A DNA stretch of 64,000 bases from a virus. Taxonomy: Duplodnaviria; Caudoviricetes. Both the position numbers and the translations under genes were made by a program. A model generated the notes under the pieces. It ran no database searches. It was not told the origin of the DNA and worked only from the letters and a program-made list of their open reading frames with translations. The stretch spans positions 1,591-65,590 of IMG/VR virus record IMGVR_UViG_3300020202_000072; one strand, written 5' to 3'. This document shows positions 36,467 through 44,539 of this stretch, piece after piece (the first letter of the stretch is position 1; each line of letters opens with the position of its first letter).

Positions 36467-37150
36467 ATGCGGCATGATCTTTTCCGCTTCTCTGGTAGTT
36501 ACGTCACATCCGCAGCCGTGATCGTTTCAAAGAGCGGTGCGGGGACGCACGTTGGTATCTTGTACCGGGACGACCAGGGATCGTTGCTGAGAGTCGATTT
36601 TTACTTGGACGGTAGAATCGCCAGCCGACCGTGGGGCGGGGGCCACTTCCACGTCATTCCGAACACCGACGACGACGCTTTATCGAACTTGGCTGCCTTG
36701 TGTCAGGTAATGGAACGGAGATACCGGGCCAAGCCGCCAGAGCACCTGTACGCTTTCCGGCGTAATCCCCACGCCTACGTCGATGTCCGGACCGGAGAAC
36801 TTCATTTGGGAGGCAGCTTAGGCGCGTCGTGCGCATCCTTCGTCCTGATCGTACTGTCATCAGCAGGAATCGAACTGGTCGAATCAGGCGAGGGCTGGCC
36901 CTACCGGGAAGGGCCGGACTCCGCTAGGCACGAAGAGTTGATCGAGATCCTGCGACAGCAAAACTTCTCCGAATCCTACATCGAGCGGATCTGTACCGAG
37001 CTCCCGTGCCCTCGGGTAGCGCCAGAGGAAGTAGCAGGCGCAGCCATGTATCCCGATCTTCGGGCGAAGCCCGCCCCGCAGTCATTTGCAGAAGACGCTG
37101 CGAAATGGATCGTCGACCTTTGGGCGCTGAATGCCAAGCACAGAGTGTAA
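36467..37150 (+). CDS. Cargo gene C, circularly permuted papain-like (NlpC/P60 superfamily) enzyme
   Basis: N-terminal HVGILY (His) precedes GASCASFV (Cys), the permuted order; WP.R..D, PEEVAGA. Confidence 0.6.
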   Translation: MRHDLFRFSGSYVTSAAVIVSKSGAGTHVGILYRDDQGSLLRVDFYLDGRIASRPWGGGHFHVIPNTDDDALSNLAALCQVMERRYRAKPPEHLYAFRRNPHAYVDVRTGELHLGGSLGASCASFVLIVLSSAGIELVESGEGWPYREGPDSARHEELIEILRQQNFSESYIERICTELPCPRVAPEEVAGAAMYPDLRAKPAPQSFAEDAAKWIVDLWALNAKHRV

Positions 37151-37154
37151 GAGT

Positions 37155-38432
37155 TCATTTCTTACCCAAACGCTCCCCCAGCTTCTCCACCTCCGCCGCC
37201 AACTCGTCGAGCCCCAGCTTCGCGTAGTGCTTCATCAGCGTCGTCGGACTCGACAGCCTGGCCAGCCGCGTCGCGTGCGCGAGCGGGATCCCGGCCAGGA
37301 GCATCGACGTCTGGTAGTGCGTCCGCAGCGCGTGGAAGTCCAGCCGCTTGCCGTTCAGTTCGATCGGGACCTTCGCGTCCTCGAGGTCCGCGTAGAACGC
37401 GGTCGACGCGTAGCCCCACTTCGCCCACCCGCCCTTGTTCCACATCTGGTCCCCGGCCGGCTTCGTCTTGAGGTAGCCGAGCAGCCGCCGGGCGATCTTC
37501 GACGGGATGTACACCGGCAGCTCGCGGCGGTTCTTCTGGTCCTTCGCCGGCAGCAGGATCCGCAGTTGCTTCCCGTGCTTGACGAACGACTCCGGCACCA
37601 GCTCAGCGAGCTCGCCCAGGCGGAGGCCGGTGAAGGCGGCGGTGAGGTAGCAGTAGGCACGGTCCGGGCCCGACAGGTTGCGGCGAACGGCCGTGCTCTT
37701 CTCCGTGGTGTTGATCAGCGACCAGAGTTCCTTGTCCGTCAGCGCCCGCCGCTCGAACGCCCGGGCGGAATCCGCGTTCAACTTCTCCAGGCGAGTTAGC
37801 GGGTTCTTCTCCAGGTGGTTGCGGTCGACCAGCCAGCCGCAGAAGGAGCGGATCGCCACCAGGTAGTGGTTCGAGGTCTGGGCACTTGAGCCGGTGACCT
37901 GGCCGCGGAAGTTCTCGCCACGCTCCCGGAGCTCCGCCAGCCAGTCTTCGACCGCCGAGGCGGAGATCGCCTTCGGCGTCAGGGCGCCGATCCCGGCCAT
38001 GATCTTCCGCACGCGGCTGACCGTCTGCCGCACGTGCTTGTCGGTCGGCGCCTTCGACCGCAGGTGCTTGTCCCAGGCGTCGATCAGCTCGGCCATGCTC
38101 TTCGGCGTCGAGGGCGAGGGGACCGGGATGCCCGCGGCCTCTCGCTCCAGCCTGGTCAGGATCTGCAGCCGCTTCTGCTCGCTTGCCGTCTTGTCGCGGA
38201 AACAGCGCTCGACCTTCACCTCTCCCAGGTGGTTACGGGTCTCGCACGCCCAGTAGTCCACCTCGACCGTGCAGCGCTTCCCGTCGTCCGACAGCGGGGC
38301 CGTTACTTCCCTGCCGCCCCGCTGCGTCCACCGGGCGAACTTCACGCGGTCGATCGTCACGATCTTGGCCCCGGCCGGCACGGGTTGCGTGTAGCGGGGA
38401 CGGAACAGCCTGGCATAAATTCGGTCCAGCAT
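37155..38432 (-). CDS. int: Tyrosine integrase
   Basis: TGLRLGEL (Arg I), K, FHALR (HxxR), T.MKHY (Tyr); T.NHY...I.SF..WL core-binding motif. Confidence 0.95.
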   Translation of the reverse strand: MLDRIYARLFRPRYTQPVPAGAKIVTIDRVKFARWTQRGGREVTAPLSDDGKRCTVEVDYWACETRNHLGEVKVERCFRDKTASEQKRLQILTRLEREAAGIPVPSPSTPKSMAELIDAWDKHLRSKAPTDKHVRQTVSRVRKIMAGIGALTPKAISASAVEDWLAELRERGENFRGQVTGSSAQTSNHYLVAIRSFCGWLVDRNHLEKNPLTRLEKLNADSARAFERRALTDKELWSLINTTEKSTAVRRNLSGPDRAYCYLTAAFTGLRLGELAELVPESFVKHGKQLRILLPAKDQKNRRELPVYIPSKIARRLLGYLKTKPAGDQMWNKGGWAKWGYASTAFYADLEDAKVPIELNGKRLDFHALRTHYQTSMLLAGIPLAHATRLARLSSPTTLMKHYAKLGLDELAAEVEKLGERLGKK

Positions 38433-38436
38433 CGAT

Positions 38437-38847
38437 CTACCCCGCGACCTGGACGTCGTTCTTCGTCTTCGACTTCCGGGTCCGCCGCGGCGTGGCCGGT
38501 GCGACCGGGGCGGGGGCCGAGTGCTCGCCGCACCAGTGGCAGCCCAGCGTCACGGGAAAGACGCTGGCCTCGGCCACGGCCGTCATCCGCAGCGGGATCC
38601 GTCGGCCGCTGACCTCGACGTGGCCGGCGAGCGCCGCGTCCGAGATCCTGGGCGGGAAGCGGCGGCACTCGCCGAGCATGATCCGGCCGTCGTCATCGGC
38701 CTCCACCGGCTCGTCGTCGTGCAAGTCGATCGGCGTCAGCCGACTCCAGTGGCGGCAGCCGTCGCACCGCTCCGCCCGTTCCGGTTCGGCGAGCAGCAGC
38801 TCCGCCGCCTGGTCCAGGTCTTCAAGCGTCAGGTCATCGCGGTTCAT
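38437..38847 (-). CDS. Cys-rich phage protein
   Basis: C..C.HW, GECRRFPP, FP.T....WCGEH. Confidence 0.65.
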   Translation of the reverse strand: MNRDDLTLEDLDQAAELLLAEPERAERCDGCRHWSRLTPIDLHDDEPVEADDDGRIMLGECRRFPPRISDAALAGHVEVSGRRIPLRMTAVAEASVFPVTLGCHWCGEHSAPAPVAPATPRRTRKSKTKNDVQVAG

Positions 38848-39344
38848 GGTTGGGCCTCCGAAGAAGGTGACTTGGGTGTCGGCTTGAGAGGAGGCACGAG
38901 GCAATACGTGCCGTCCGGCCCGCCGTGGAACTCGCCGGGGGAAATCAGCTTGAGCCAGGCGCCGCCCGGCTTCCGAAAGACGAGGAACATCTTGCGGGCT
39001 TCGCTGCCCGCGAGATCAAGCAGGCCTTCGCCGCTGAGGAACGGATGGCCCTTCTCCCACGCCTGCCACAGGGCCTGGATGATCGGCCGCTGCGTCGGCG
39101 TCAGCGCGAACACCTGCCCGTTCCAGACGACAGTCTCGAAGTCCGGGGAGTGCGAGGGCTTGGATAGGTCGACGTTCATCATCGCCGCCGGCAGGTCGAG
39201 GGGCGGCGCCTCGCCCGCGGGCAGCACGATCGGCCGGCGCTCGCCTGGCTCGTCGGGCAGGAACTGGATGCGGTAGGTCTTCTTCTCGAGCTCCGCGCCC
39301 GAGAACAGGTCCGGTTGTCGTCGTGGGTCTGGTGGCTTCGTCAT
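38844..39344 (-). CDS. Winged-helix-like hypothetical protein
   Basis: HSPDF..V.W.G..F.LT..Q..I...LW.AW. Confidence 0.6.
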   Translation of the reverse strand: MTKPPDPRRQPDLFSGAELEKKTYRIQFLPDEPGERRPIVLPAGEAPPLDLPAAMMNVDLSKPSHSPDFETVVWNGQVFALTPTQRPIIQALWQAWEKGHPFLSGEGLLDLAGSEARKMFLVFRKPGGAWLKLISPGEFHGGPDGTYCLVPPLKPTPKSPSSEAQP

Positions 39345-39798
39345 GGTGTGTCCGGGATAAAGGTGAGTGGTTGGGGACTCACCAATTAGTACCTGAACAC
39401 CCGCACACACGCTATGCGCGTCGAGAAAATCGTTGACGGCGTCGGAGCAAACTAGACGTTTCTGCGCAGCAGTGTGGAGTTTGGTTGGGAGGGCGGAGCG
39501 CTCTGTTTTTTCCGAGCCCTCTCGGTCGAACGATTGACAGAAGGCAACGAAACTAGACACGGCCAAAAACGGCCGACGCCAGCTGTAGTCCTTGGCGGAG
39601 GCGTGCGTTTGCTGTCGGCGGAGAGGGGCGAGCGGAAGCATTTTTGGAAGGGTTCCCCGGATTCACCCTGCAGCGCACCCGGCAGGGCAAAGCGGTCTCG
39701 GACAATGGCCTCACGCCCAATTCAGGAGGCTGCGACCATGACGATCAGCGAACTACAAGAACACGTCCGCGCGTTCGCGGCGACCAACTGCCCGGACT

Positions 39799-40170
39799 TC
39801 ACTTATGCGTCGGTGGTGCTTCACCTGGGCCCGACGGTCCCGTCGATGGTGATCCCTGTTGTTTCGCCTTCCGCTTCAGTTCTTCCAAGCGGGCCTTCTT
39901 CTCGGCTTCGATCCGCTCCTCGTTCTCCACGTCCGCAGCGAAAGGTGCGAAACGAGAGGTGATTCTGTCGCGGCAGGCCCAGTCCATCAGCTCAACGCTC
40001 GAAATGTTTTCGATCTCGCAGATCCACTTCACCATTCGCTTCATGTCCGAGGACACGCGAACGGTGTCGCTGCCGCCATCTCCTGGCTTTACTTCGGAAG
40101 GCGAGCCTGGTTCTTCCAAGGCCTTGGTTTTCTTGCGACGGGGTGGCGGCATGAGGAGCGTACTCGACAT
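39799..40170 (-). CDS. Ribbon-helix-helix repressor candidate
   Basis: TVRVS-SDMKRMVKWIC-EIENIS-SVELMDWAC (strand-helix-helix); divergent from the early operon. Confidence 0.55.
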   Translation of the reverse strand: MSSTLLMPPPRRKKTKALEEPGSPSEVKPGDGGSDTVRVSSDMKRMVKWICEIENISSVELMDWACRDRITSRFAPFAADVENEERIEAEKKARLEELKRKAKQQGSPSTGPSGPGEAPPTHK

Positions 40171-40177
40171 CTATCGA

Positions 40178-40316
40178 CTCTCAGTGGAGTGAAACAGTTT
40201 CACGAGTCTGTCACTGAGAGCGATTCGGAGCATTTTCGCAAATCTTTGATTTCGATGCTTGACGTTTTGCGAATTTGCCGTTACCGTGTCAGTGTCTGAT
40301 ACTGATTCAGAATCAG
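40178..40316. promoter_or_regulatory. Genetic switch region with a promoter and palindromic operators
   Basis: CTCTCAGTG..CACTGAGAG inverted repeat enclosing GTGAAAC-A-GTTTCAC; TTGACG-17 nt-TACCGT at 40259-40287; CTGATTC-A-GAATCAG at 40302-40316. Confidence 0.65.
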
Positions 40317-40328
40317 AGTCAAAAACAA

Positions 40329-40613
40329 ATGACCACGGCGACCAAGAAAACGAAGCCCCTCCAGCGACGCAAGGCATCGATTGATCCTCTCCGGGTTAAG
40401 CCCCAGACGGCGGCCGACCGCTGCGATGTGGCCTACGAGGAGATCACTCGAGTCGTTGCCGAGGACGTGTTCACGGTGATCGCACCACACGGCCGCGGGC
40501 CAGGCAAACCGTACTGGCTCTTCCTCGACGAAGTCGATGCGTGGGCAGTCGGCGGGAAAGAAGGCGTCCGCGAACTCCGGTACAAGAAGGGCCGACTCAA
40601 GCGAGGCCAGTAA
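40329..40613 (+). CDS. Excisionase/Cro-like HTH protein
   Basis: First early gene; AADRCDVAYEEITR.V and YWLF..EVDAW. Confidence 0.55.
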   Translation: MTTATKKTKPLQRRKASIDPLRVKPQTAADRCDVAYEEITRVVAEDVFTVIAPHGRGPGKPYWLFLDEVDAWAVGGKEGVRELRYKKGRLKRGQ

Positions 40614-40642
40614 CCGCGCCGCACCCGGCAAGGACCCACACC

Positions 40643-41066
40643 ATGCGAGTCACCAGCGTAGAAGTGAAGCTCCACCCGCACGACCCGCGGCTCGTCGCGT
40701 TCGCCGAGATCGTCTTCGACAACGCGTTCGCGGTGAAGGAACTGAAGCTGCTCGCGATGGCGGACGGGTTCCTCCTCGCCTTCCCCTCGCGTCTGGTGAC
40801 CGACCACTGTACCGAGTGCGGCGGCAAGGCTCCGGTGATCGCCCGGTTCTGCCACGAGTGCGGGGCACGCCGACCGAACCCGCCGCCCCGCCGCCCCGCC
40901 GCCCGGCACGACGCACCACAAGGACGTCTGCCACCCGATCAGCCAGGGGCTCCGCGAAGTGGTCCTGTCCGCGGTCCTCGCCGAGTACCGCCGGCTGCTG
41001 GCCGCGGGGCGGACGGAGAGCGAGTCGATCGAGCGGCGGCACCGGGAGCGCCAGGTCGCCGCGTGA
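40643..41066 (+). pseudogene. spoVG: SpoVG family protein with Zn-ribbon insert, frameshifted at a tandem repeat
   Basis: MRVTSVEV...AFA.IVFD..FAV..LK......LAFPSR in one frame; KDVCHPI..GLRE.V..AVL.EY in another; (CCCGCCGC)3 lies between them. Confidence 0.8.
40879..40902 (+). repeat. Tandem repeat (CCCGCCGC)x3
   Basis: Read directly from the sequence. Confidence 0.9.
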
Positions 41067-41096
41067 CGTGATCCTTCGCCCACCGGAAAGGTCGAG

Positions 41097-41333
41097 ATGG
41101 TTGCCAGCGGTTTCAGCGTCACCGTCGAATTCGAGGCCGAGATGGACGCGGTAGAGATCGATGAGGGGCCGCGGCCCGGAACGAAAGTCGTGACGCACCA
41201 GGGCGCGGCCTACGTGCTGCCGGACGCGGTGATCCAGCAGCTCATCAGCAGTCGGCGGGTGATCGACCGCGCGAAGTATCTGCTCCTGCCGCGGGTCATG
41301 CGGCGGAGCAAGCCGGAAGCGGAAGTGAACTGA
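41097..41333 (+). CDS. Hypothetical protein
   Basis: ORF in the early operon. Confidence 0.5.
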   Translation: MVASGFSVTVEFEAEMDAVEIDEGPRPGTKVVTHQGAAYVLPDAVIQQLISSRRVIDRAKYLLLPRVMRRSKPEAEVN

Positions 41334-41353
41334 GCAACCAGGGAGGGAATCCG

Positions 41354-41527
41354 ATGTTGGTCGTTTCCAGGCGAAAAGGCGAACGGGTTTTCATCGGCGA
41401 CAACGTCGTCGTGCAGGTGGTCGACATCGACCGCGGCAAGATCAGGCTGGGCATCGAAGCGCCGCCGGAGGTTGAAATCCTCCGCGAAGAGTTAAAGGAA
41501 GAGGTCCGCGAGAATGCTGGACACTGA
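41354..41527 (+). CDS. csrA: Carbon storage regulator CsrA (not in the ORF track)
   Basis: MLVVSRRKGERVFIGDNVVVQVVDIDRGKIRLGIEAPPEVEILREEL; GGAGG RBS. Confidence 0.95.
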   Translation: MLVVSRRKGERVFIGDNVVVQVVDIDRGKIRLGIEAPPEVEILREELKEEVRENAGH

Positions 41528-41720
41528 CCCGCCCAACCGCAACCAGCCGGCCCGGATCGTCGACGGACGGCACGCGGGAGTCTTCGGCAAGATCGAGGCG
41601 ACCTGGACGGACGGCTATCTCGGCACGATGCTCTGCGTTCGGACGCACAACGGGCAGCCGGTGTGGGTGGAAGAAGACGAAGTGATACTCGGAACCAACG
41701 CCGGTCGGGCGGACCTCTGA
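41514..41720 (+). CDS. Small hypothetical protein
   Basis: Overlaps the end of csrA. Confidence 0.45.
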   Translation: MLDTDPPNRNQPARIVDGRHAGVFGKIEATWTDGYLGTMLCVRTHNGQPVWVEEDEVILGTNAGRADL

Positions 41721-41772
41721 AGTGGGCGACAGAACCGTCCCGGCCGGCTTGGATACACAGCGGGAGTCCTCA

Positions 41773-42219
41773 ATGGAAAGCTGGCGAACTGTGTGGCGCA
41801 ACGGCTTTGCCCACGTCCTGCCCTTGAAGGGCCTGGAGTCCTTGCTCGACGCCCTGGAGCGAGACGACTCGCGACTGACGCAGGGGTCGACCACGACGCC
41901 CCCGCCGTTGATGGTCGTGCAGGACTGGCCGTGCGAGGGATGCGAGGCCATCGCTTGGACCGGCTGGCAGGGCGGAGAGAACCCCGCGTGCAAGTGTGTC
42001 GGCGACGTCGAGGATCACTTCGCCCGTATGTGCTTCGAGGCTGACGAGCGGCTACAAGAGGCAGCAGCGTGCCGCTGGTTCCTGAACTGGTTCGACGACA
42101 CGCCCCGGTCGGAAATGCTGCGGGAGCTGCGGGTCGAAGTAGAGCGGGCAATCAGCCTGCGAACAACTCCCGCTGAAACGTCGGCCGCGTTTGAGCCGGC
42201 GACCATCGCGGCCGCGTGA
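41773..42219 (+). CDS. Planctomycete-type conserved hypothetical protein
   Basis: MESWRTVWR.G...L...GL..L..AL..DD.RL.QG.TT.PPPL..VQDWP...CRWFLNWFDDTPR, recalled from Gemmataceae genomes. Confidence 0.65.
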   Translation: MESWRTVWRNGFAHVLPLKGLESLLDALERDDSRLTQGSTTTPPPLMVVQDWPCEGCEAIAWTGWQGGENPACKCVGDVEDHFARMCFEADERLQEAAACRWFLNWFDDTPRSEMLRELRVEVERAISLRTTPAETSAAFEPATIAAA

Positions 42220-42384
42220 GCCAACCCGCTCGAAGAGAAGAGCGGCGAAGGGGAGTCGGCCCAGTCCGACCGTTCCGGCTGCGAGGCTGGTCGAGTGAAC
42301 CGCATCGACTGGTACCAGTAGTCGGAGACAGGGCGAACTCGGCCCGCGGTGGAAGAGTGACAGCCGGGAAAGTTGCCGGCAGCT

Positions 42385-42459
42385 TGGAGCGTAGTGCAGT
42401 CCGGTTAGCACGCCTGGCTCATAACCAGGAGGTCGCAGGTTCAAATCCTGCCGCTCCGA
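42385..42459 (+). tRNA. tRNA with CAT anticodon (Met or Ile2)
   Basis: Cloverleaf: TGGAGCG/CGCTCCG acceptor, GTGC/GCAC D-stem, CCTGG-CTCATAA-CCAGG, GCAGG-TTCAAAT-CCTGC; CCA not encoded. Confidence 0.9.
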
Positions 42460-42633
42460 TTGCCTGGGGCCGGTTGTTTCGCAAACGTCCCTGAGTTTTC
42501 GGGGAGTGTTGGCGGGGCTCTTCGACCCGGCATCCGCTCGTTGCGGGACCCAGGCAGACTCAAGTAACCGAGACCGACGGCCGGCGGCGTGCACGTCGCG
42601 CGCTTCAGTCGCGGTACGTACCGAGGGGACAAC

Positions 42634-43023
42634 ATGCTTCGAATGGACTTTCACCAGGTCAAGGGGATCGAGCTTTCGAAGCCGACGTTCATCGAGCCCT
42701 ACACGACCAGCGACGGCGAGCAGCGCCCCGGCTTCTGGGTGCGTGACATCATCGTCCGGATGGACGACGACGCCGAGCGACGGATCGCCTGCTACGCGCA
42801 CGAGAGCCTGAAGGACATCACCGTCCCCGGCGACCCGATCATCCTGCCGCCGGTCGAGGAGCACGAGGACAGCGAGCCCGACCCGCGCGAGCCGGACACC
42901 GGCAACCCCGTCGCCGTCGAGGACTCGCGCGTCTTCCCCGCCGCGGCGAACCTGCCGGAGAAATCTTCCGACGACGCGACGGTCCTTGTTCGCGGCGTCC
43001 CCCTGGAGCATGCAGTCGCATGA
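42634..43023 (+). CDS. Hypothetical acidic protein
   Basis: GAGGGG RBS; ORF. Confidence 0.55.
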   Translation: MLRMDFHQVKGIELSKPTFIEPYTTSDGEQRPGFWVRDIIVRMDDDAERRIACYAHESLKDITVPGDPIILPPVEEHEDSEPDPREPDTGNPVAVEDSRVFPAAANLPEKSSDDATVLVRGVPLEHAVA

Positions 43024-43141
43024 ACCCAGACCGACCCTCCGTCCGCAGCAACCTTGCCGTCGGCGTCATCGCCGCGGTGCTCTGGTCCGTCGTGTTCGCG
43101 TCCGGGAAGGCCCTCTGGTTCTTTGTGTTCGGAGTCATGCC

Positions 43142-43711
43142 GTGAAGTGTCTGTCGCTCTGGAACCCGTGGGCCATGCTCCTCGTCGCCGGCCTGAAGCG
43201 CGTCGAGACGCGGAGCTGGGCCATGCGTCACCGCGGGCCACTCCTGATCCAAGCGAGCAAGACTTGGAACCCCGACCTGGCCACGCTCTGCGTCGACTCG
43301 TCGAAGCCGTTCCGCCTGGCGGTCGAGTCGATGGGCTACCCGATCGCGGGCACTGTGGCCGAGGCCAAACGAGGCTGGGGACTGCCGTTCGGGGCGATCG
43401 TCGGCTGCGTGCGGGTGACCGACTGCTTCCGAACCGGCGTCGTATCCGTCGCGGCGAGCAACCCGGCCGTCCCCTACGTGACGACCTGGGCGAACACGGG
43501 CGGGGTGGACAACCGATCGTTGCGGATCAGCGAGCAAGAGCAGGCCTTCGGCGACTACAGCCCCGGCCGCTTCGCCTTCCTGTGTGAGTCGCCCGTCCGC
43601 TTCGACCGGCCGATCCCGTACCGCGGGGCACAAGGGCTGTTCGAGGTTCCTGATGAGGTGATTCGGGGGCTTGTCGTGCTGAACGAGATGCAAACGAGCG
43701 AGGGCCGGTGA
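43142..43711 (+). CDS. Second ASCH domain protein
   Basis: KCLSLWNPWA.LL..GLKRVETRSW...HRGPLLI.AS, GDYSPGRFA, RGAQGLF. Confidence 0.9.
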   Translation: MKCLSLWNPWAMLLVAGLKRVETRSWAMRHRGPLLIQASKTWNPDLATLCVDSSKPFRLAVESMGYPIAGTVAEAKRGWGLPFGAIVGCVRVTDCFRTGVVSVAASNPAVPYVTTWANTGGVDNRSLRISEQEQAFGDYSPGRFAFLCESPVRFDRPIPYRGAQGLFEVPDEVIRGLVVLNEMQTSEGR

Positions 43712-44538
43712 TGCCGACCATGCGCATTAGCGCCATCAAGATCGGGCCGCGATTCCGAGTTGAACTCGGCGACCTGTCCGCACTCGCCGCCAGCATCAAG
43801 GCCATCGGCCTCCTGCATGAAGTCATCGTGACGGGGCAGGGAGACCTCGTGTGCGGCCGTCGTCGCGTCGAGGCGTGTCGGTCACTCGGCTGGAAGGACA
43901 TCCCGTGCAGGGTCGTTGACATCGATCACCTGATTGCGGAGCGCGACGAGAACGAGTGTCGCAAGGACTTCACCGTCTCGGAGCGGGTTGCAATCGCGAA
44001 GGCGATTGAGGAGAGGGAGAAGCCCGAGGCGGCAAAGCGGAAGCAATCAACTCAAACCAAAGGCGGCGATAGGGCCGGCGCTCCGAAGCTCGGTTCCGAA
44101 AAATTTACGGAACCGAGCGAATCAGACGCCGACGAGTACGAGCGATACAAGCAGAGGCGAGACGAGATTCAGCAGCGACAGTCGCAGACCACGCCGCTCC
44201 CAAAGCGGGGTGAGGCTGCGGACATCGCCGCCCGCGCCGCTGGTTTCTCTCGCCCGACCTACGAGAAGGCGAAGGAAGTCGTCGAGGCTGCGAAGGAGGA
44301 GCCTGAGAAGTTCGCCGACCTCAAAGAGCAGATGGACCTGACCGGCAAGGTCGACCCGGCCCACAAGGAAATGGAAAGGCGGAAGGCCGGCGCGGAACCG
44401 CAAGAGCGGCCCTACGACGTGATGGATGACGTCGCCAAGATCACAGCCTTCATCGAACGGCTGCGCAAGAACTGGACTAAGGACGAGCACAAGACCGTCA
44501 TACAGCACTGTCTCCGACAACTGGCAAAGGACATTTGA
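43708..44538 (+). CDS. ParB-like protein
   Basis: R..LGDL..LA.SI...GLL..VIV.....LVCG.RR..A...LG, EN..RKD.T.SE, HTH. Confidence 0.85.
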   Translation: MMPTMRISAIKIGPRFRVELGDLSALAASIKAIGLLHEVIVTGQGDLVCGRRRVEACRSLGWKDIPCRVVDIDHLIAERDENECRKDFTVSERVAIAKAIEEREKPEAAKRKQSTQTKGGDRAGAPKLGSEKFTEPSESDADEYERYKQRRDEIQQRQSQTTPLPKRGEAADIAARAAGFSRPTYEKAKEVVEAAKEEPEKFADLKEQMDLTGKVDPAHKEMERRKAGAEPQERPYDVMDDVAKITAFIERLRKNWTKDEHKTVIQHCLRQLAKDI

Positions 44539-44539
44539 G

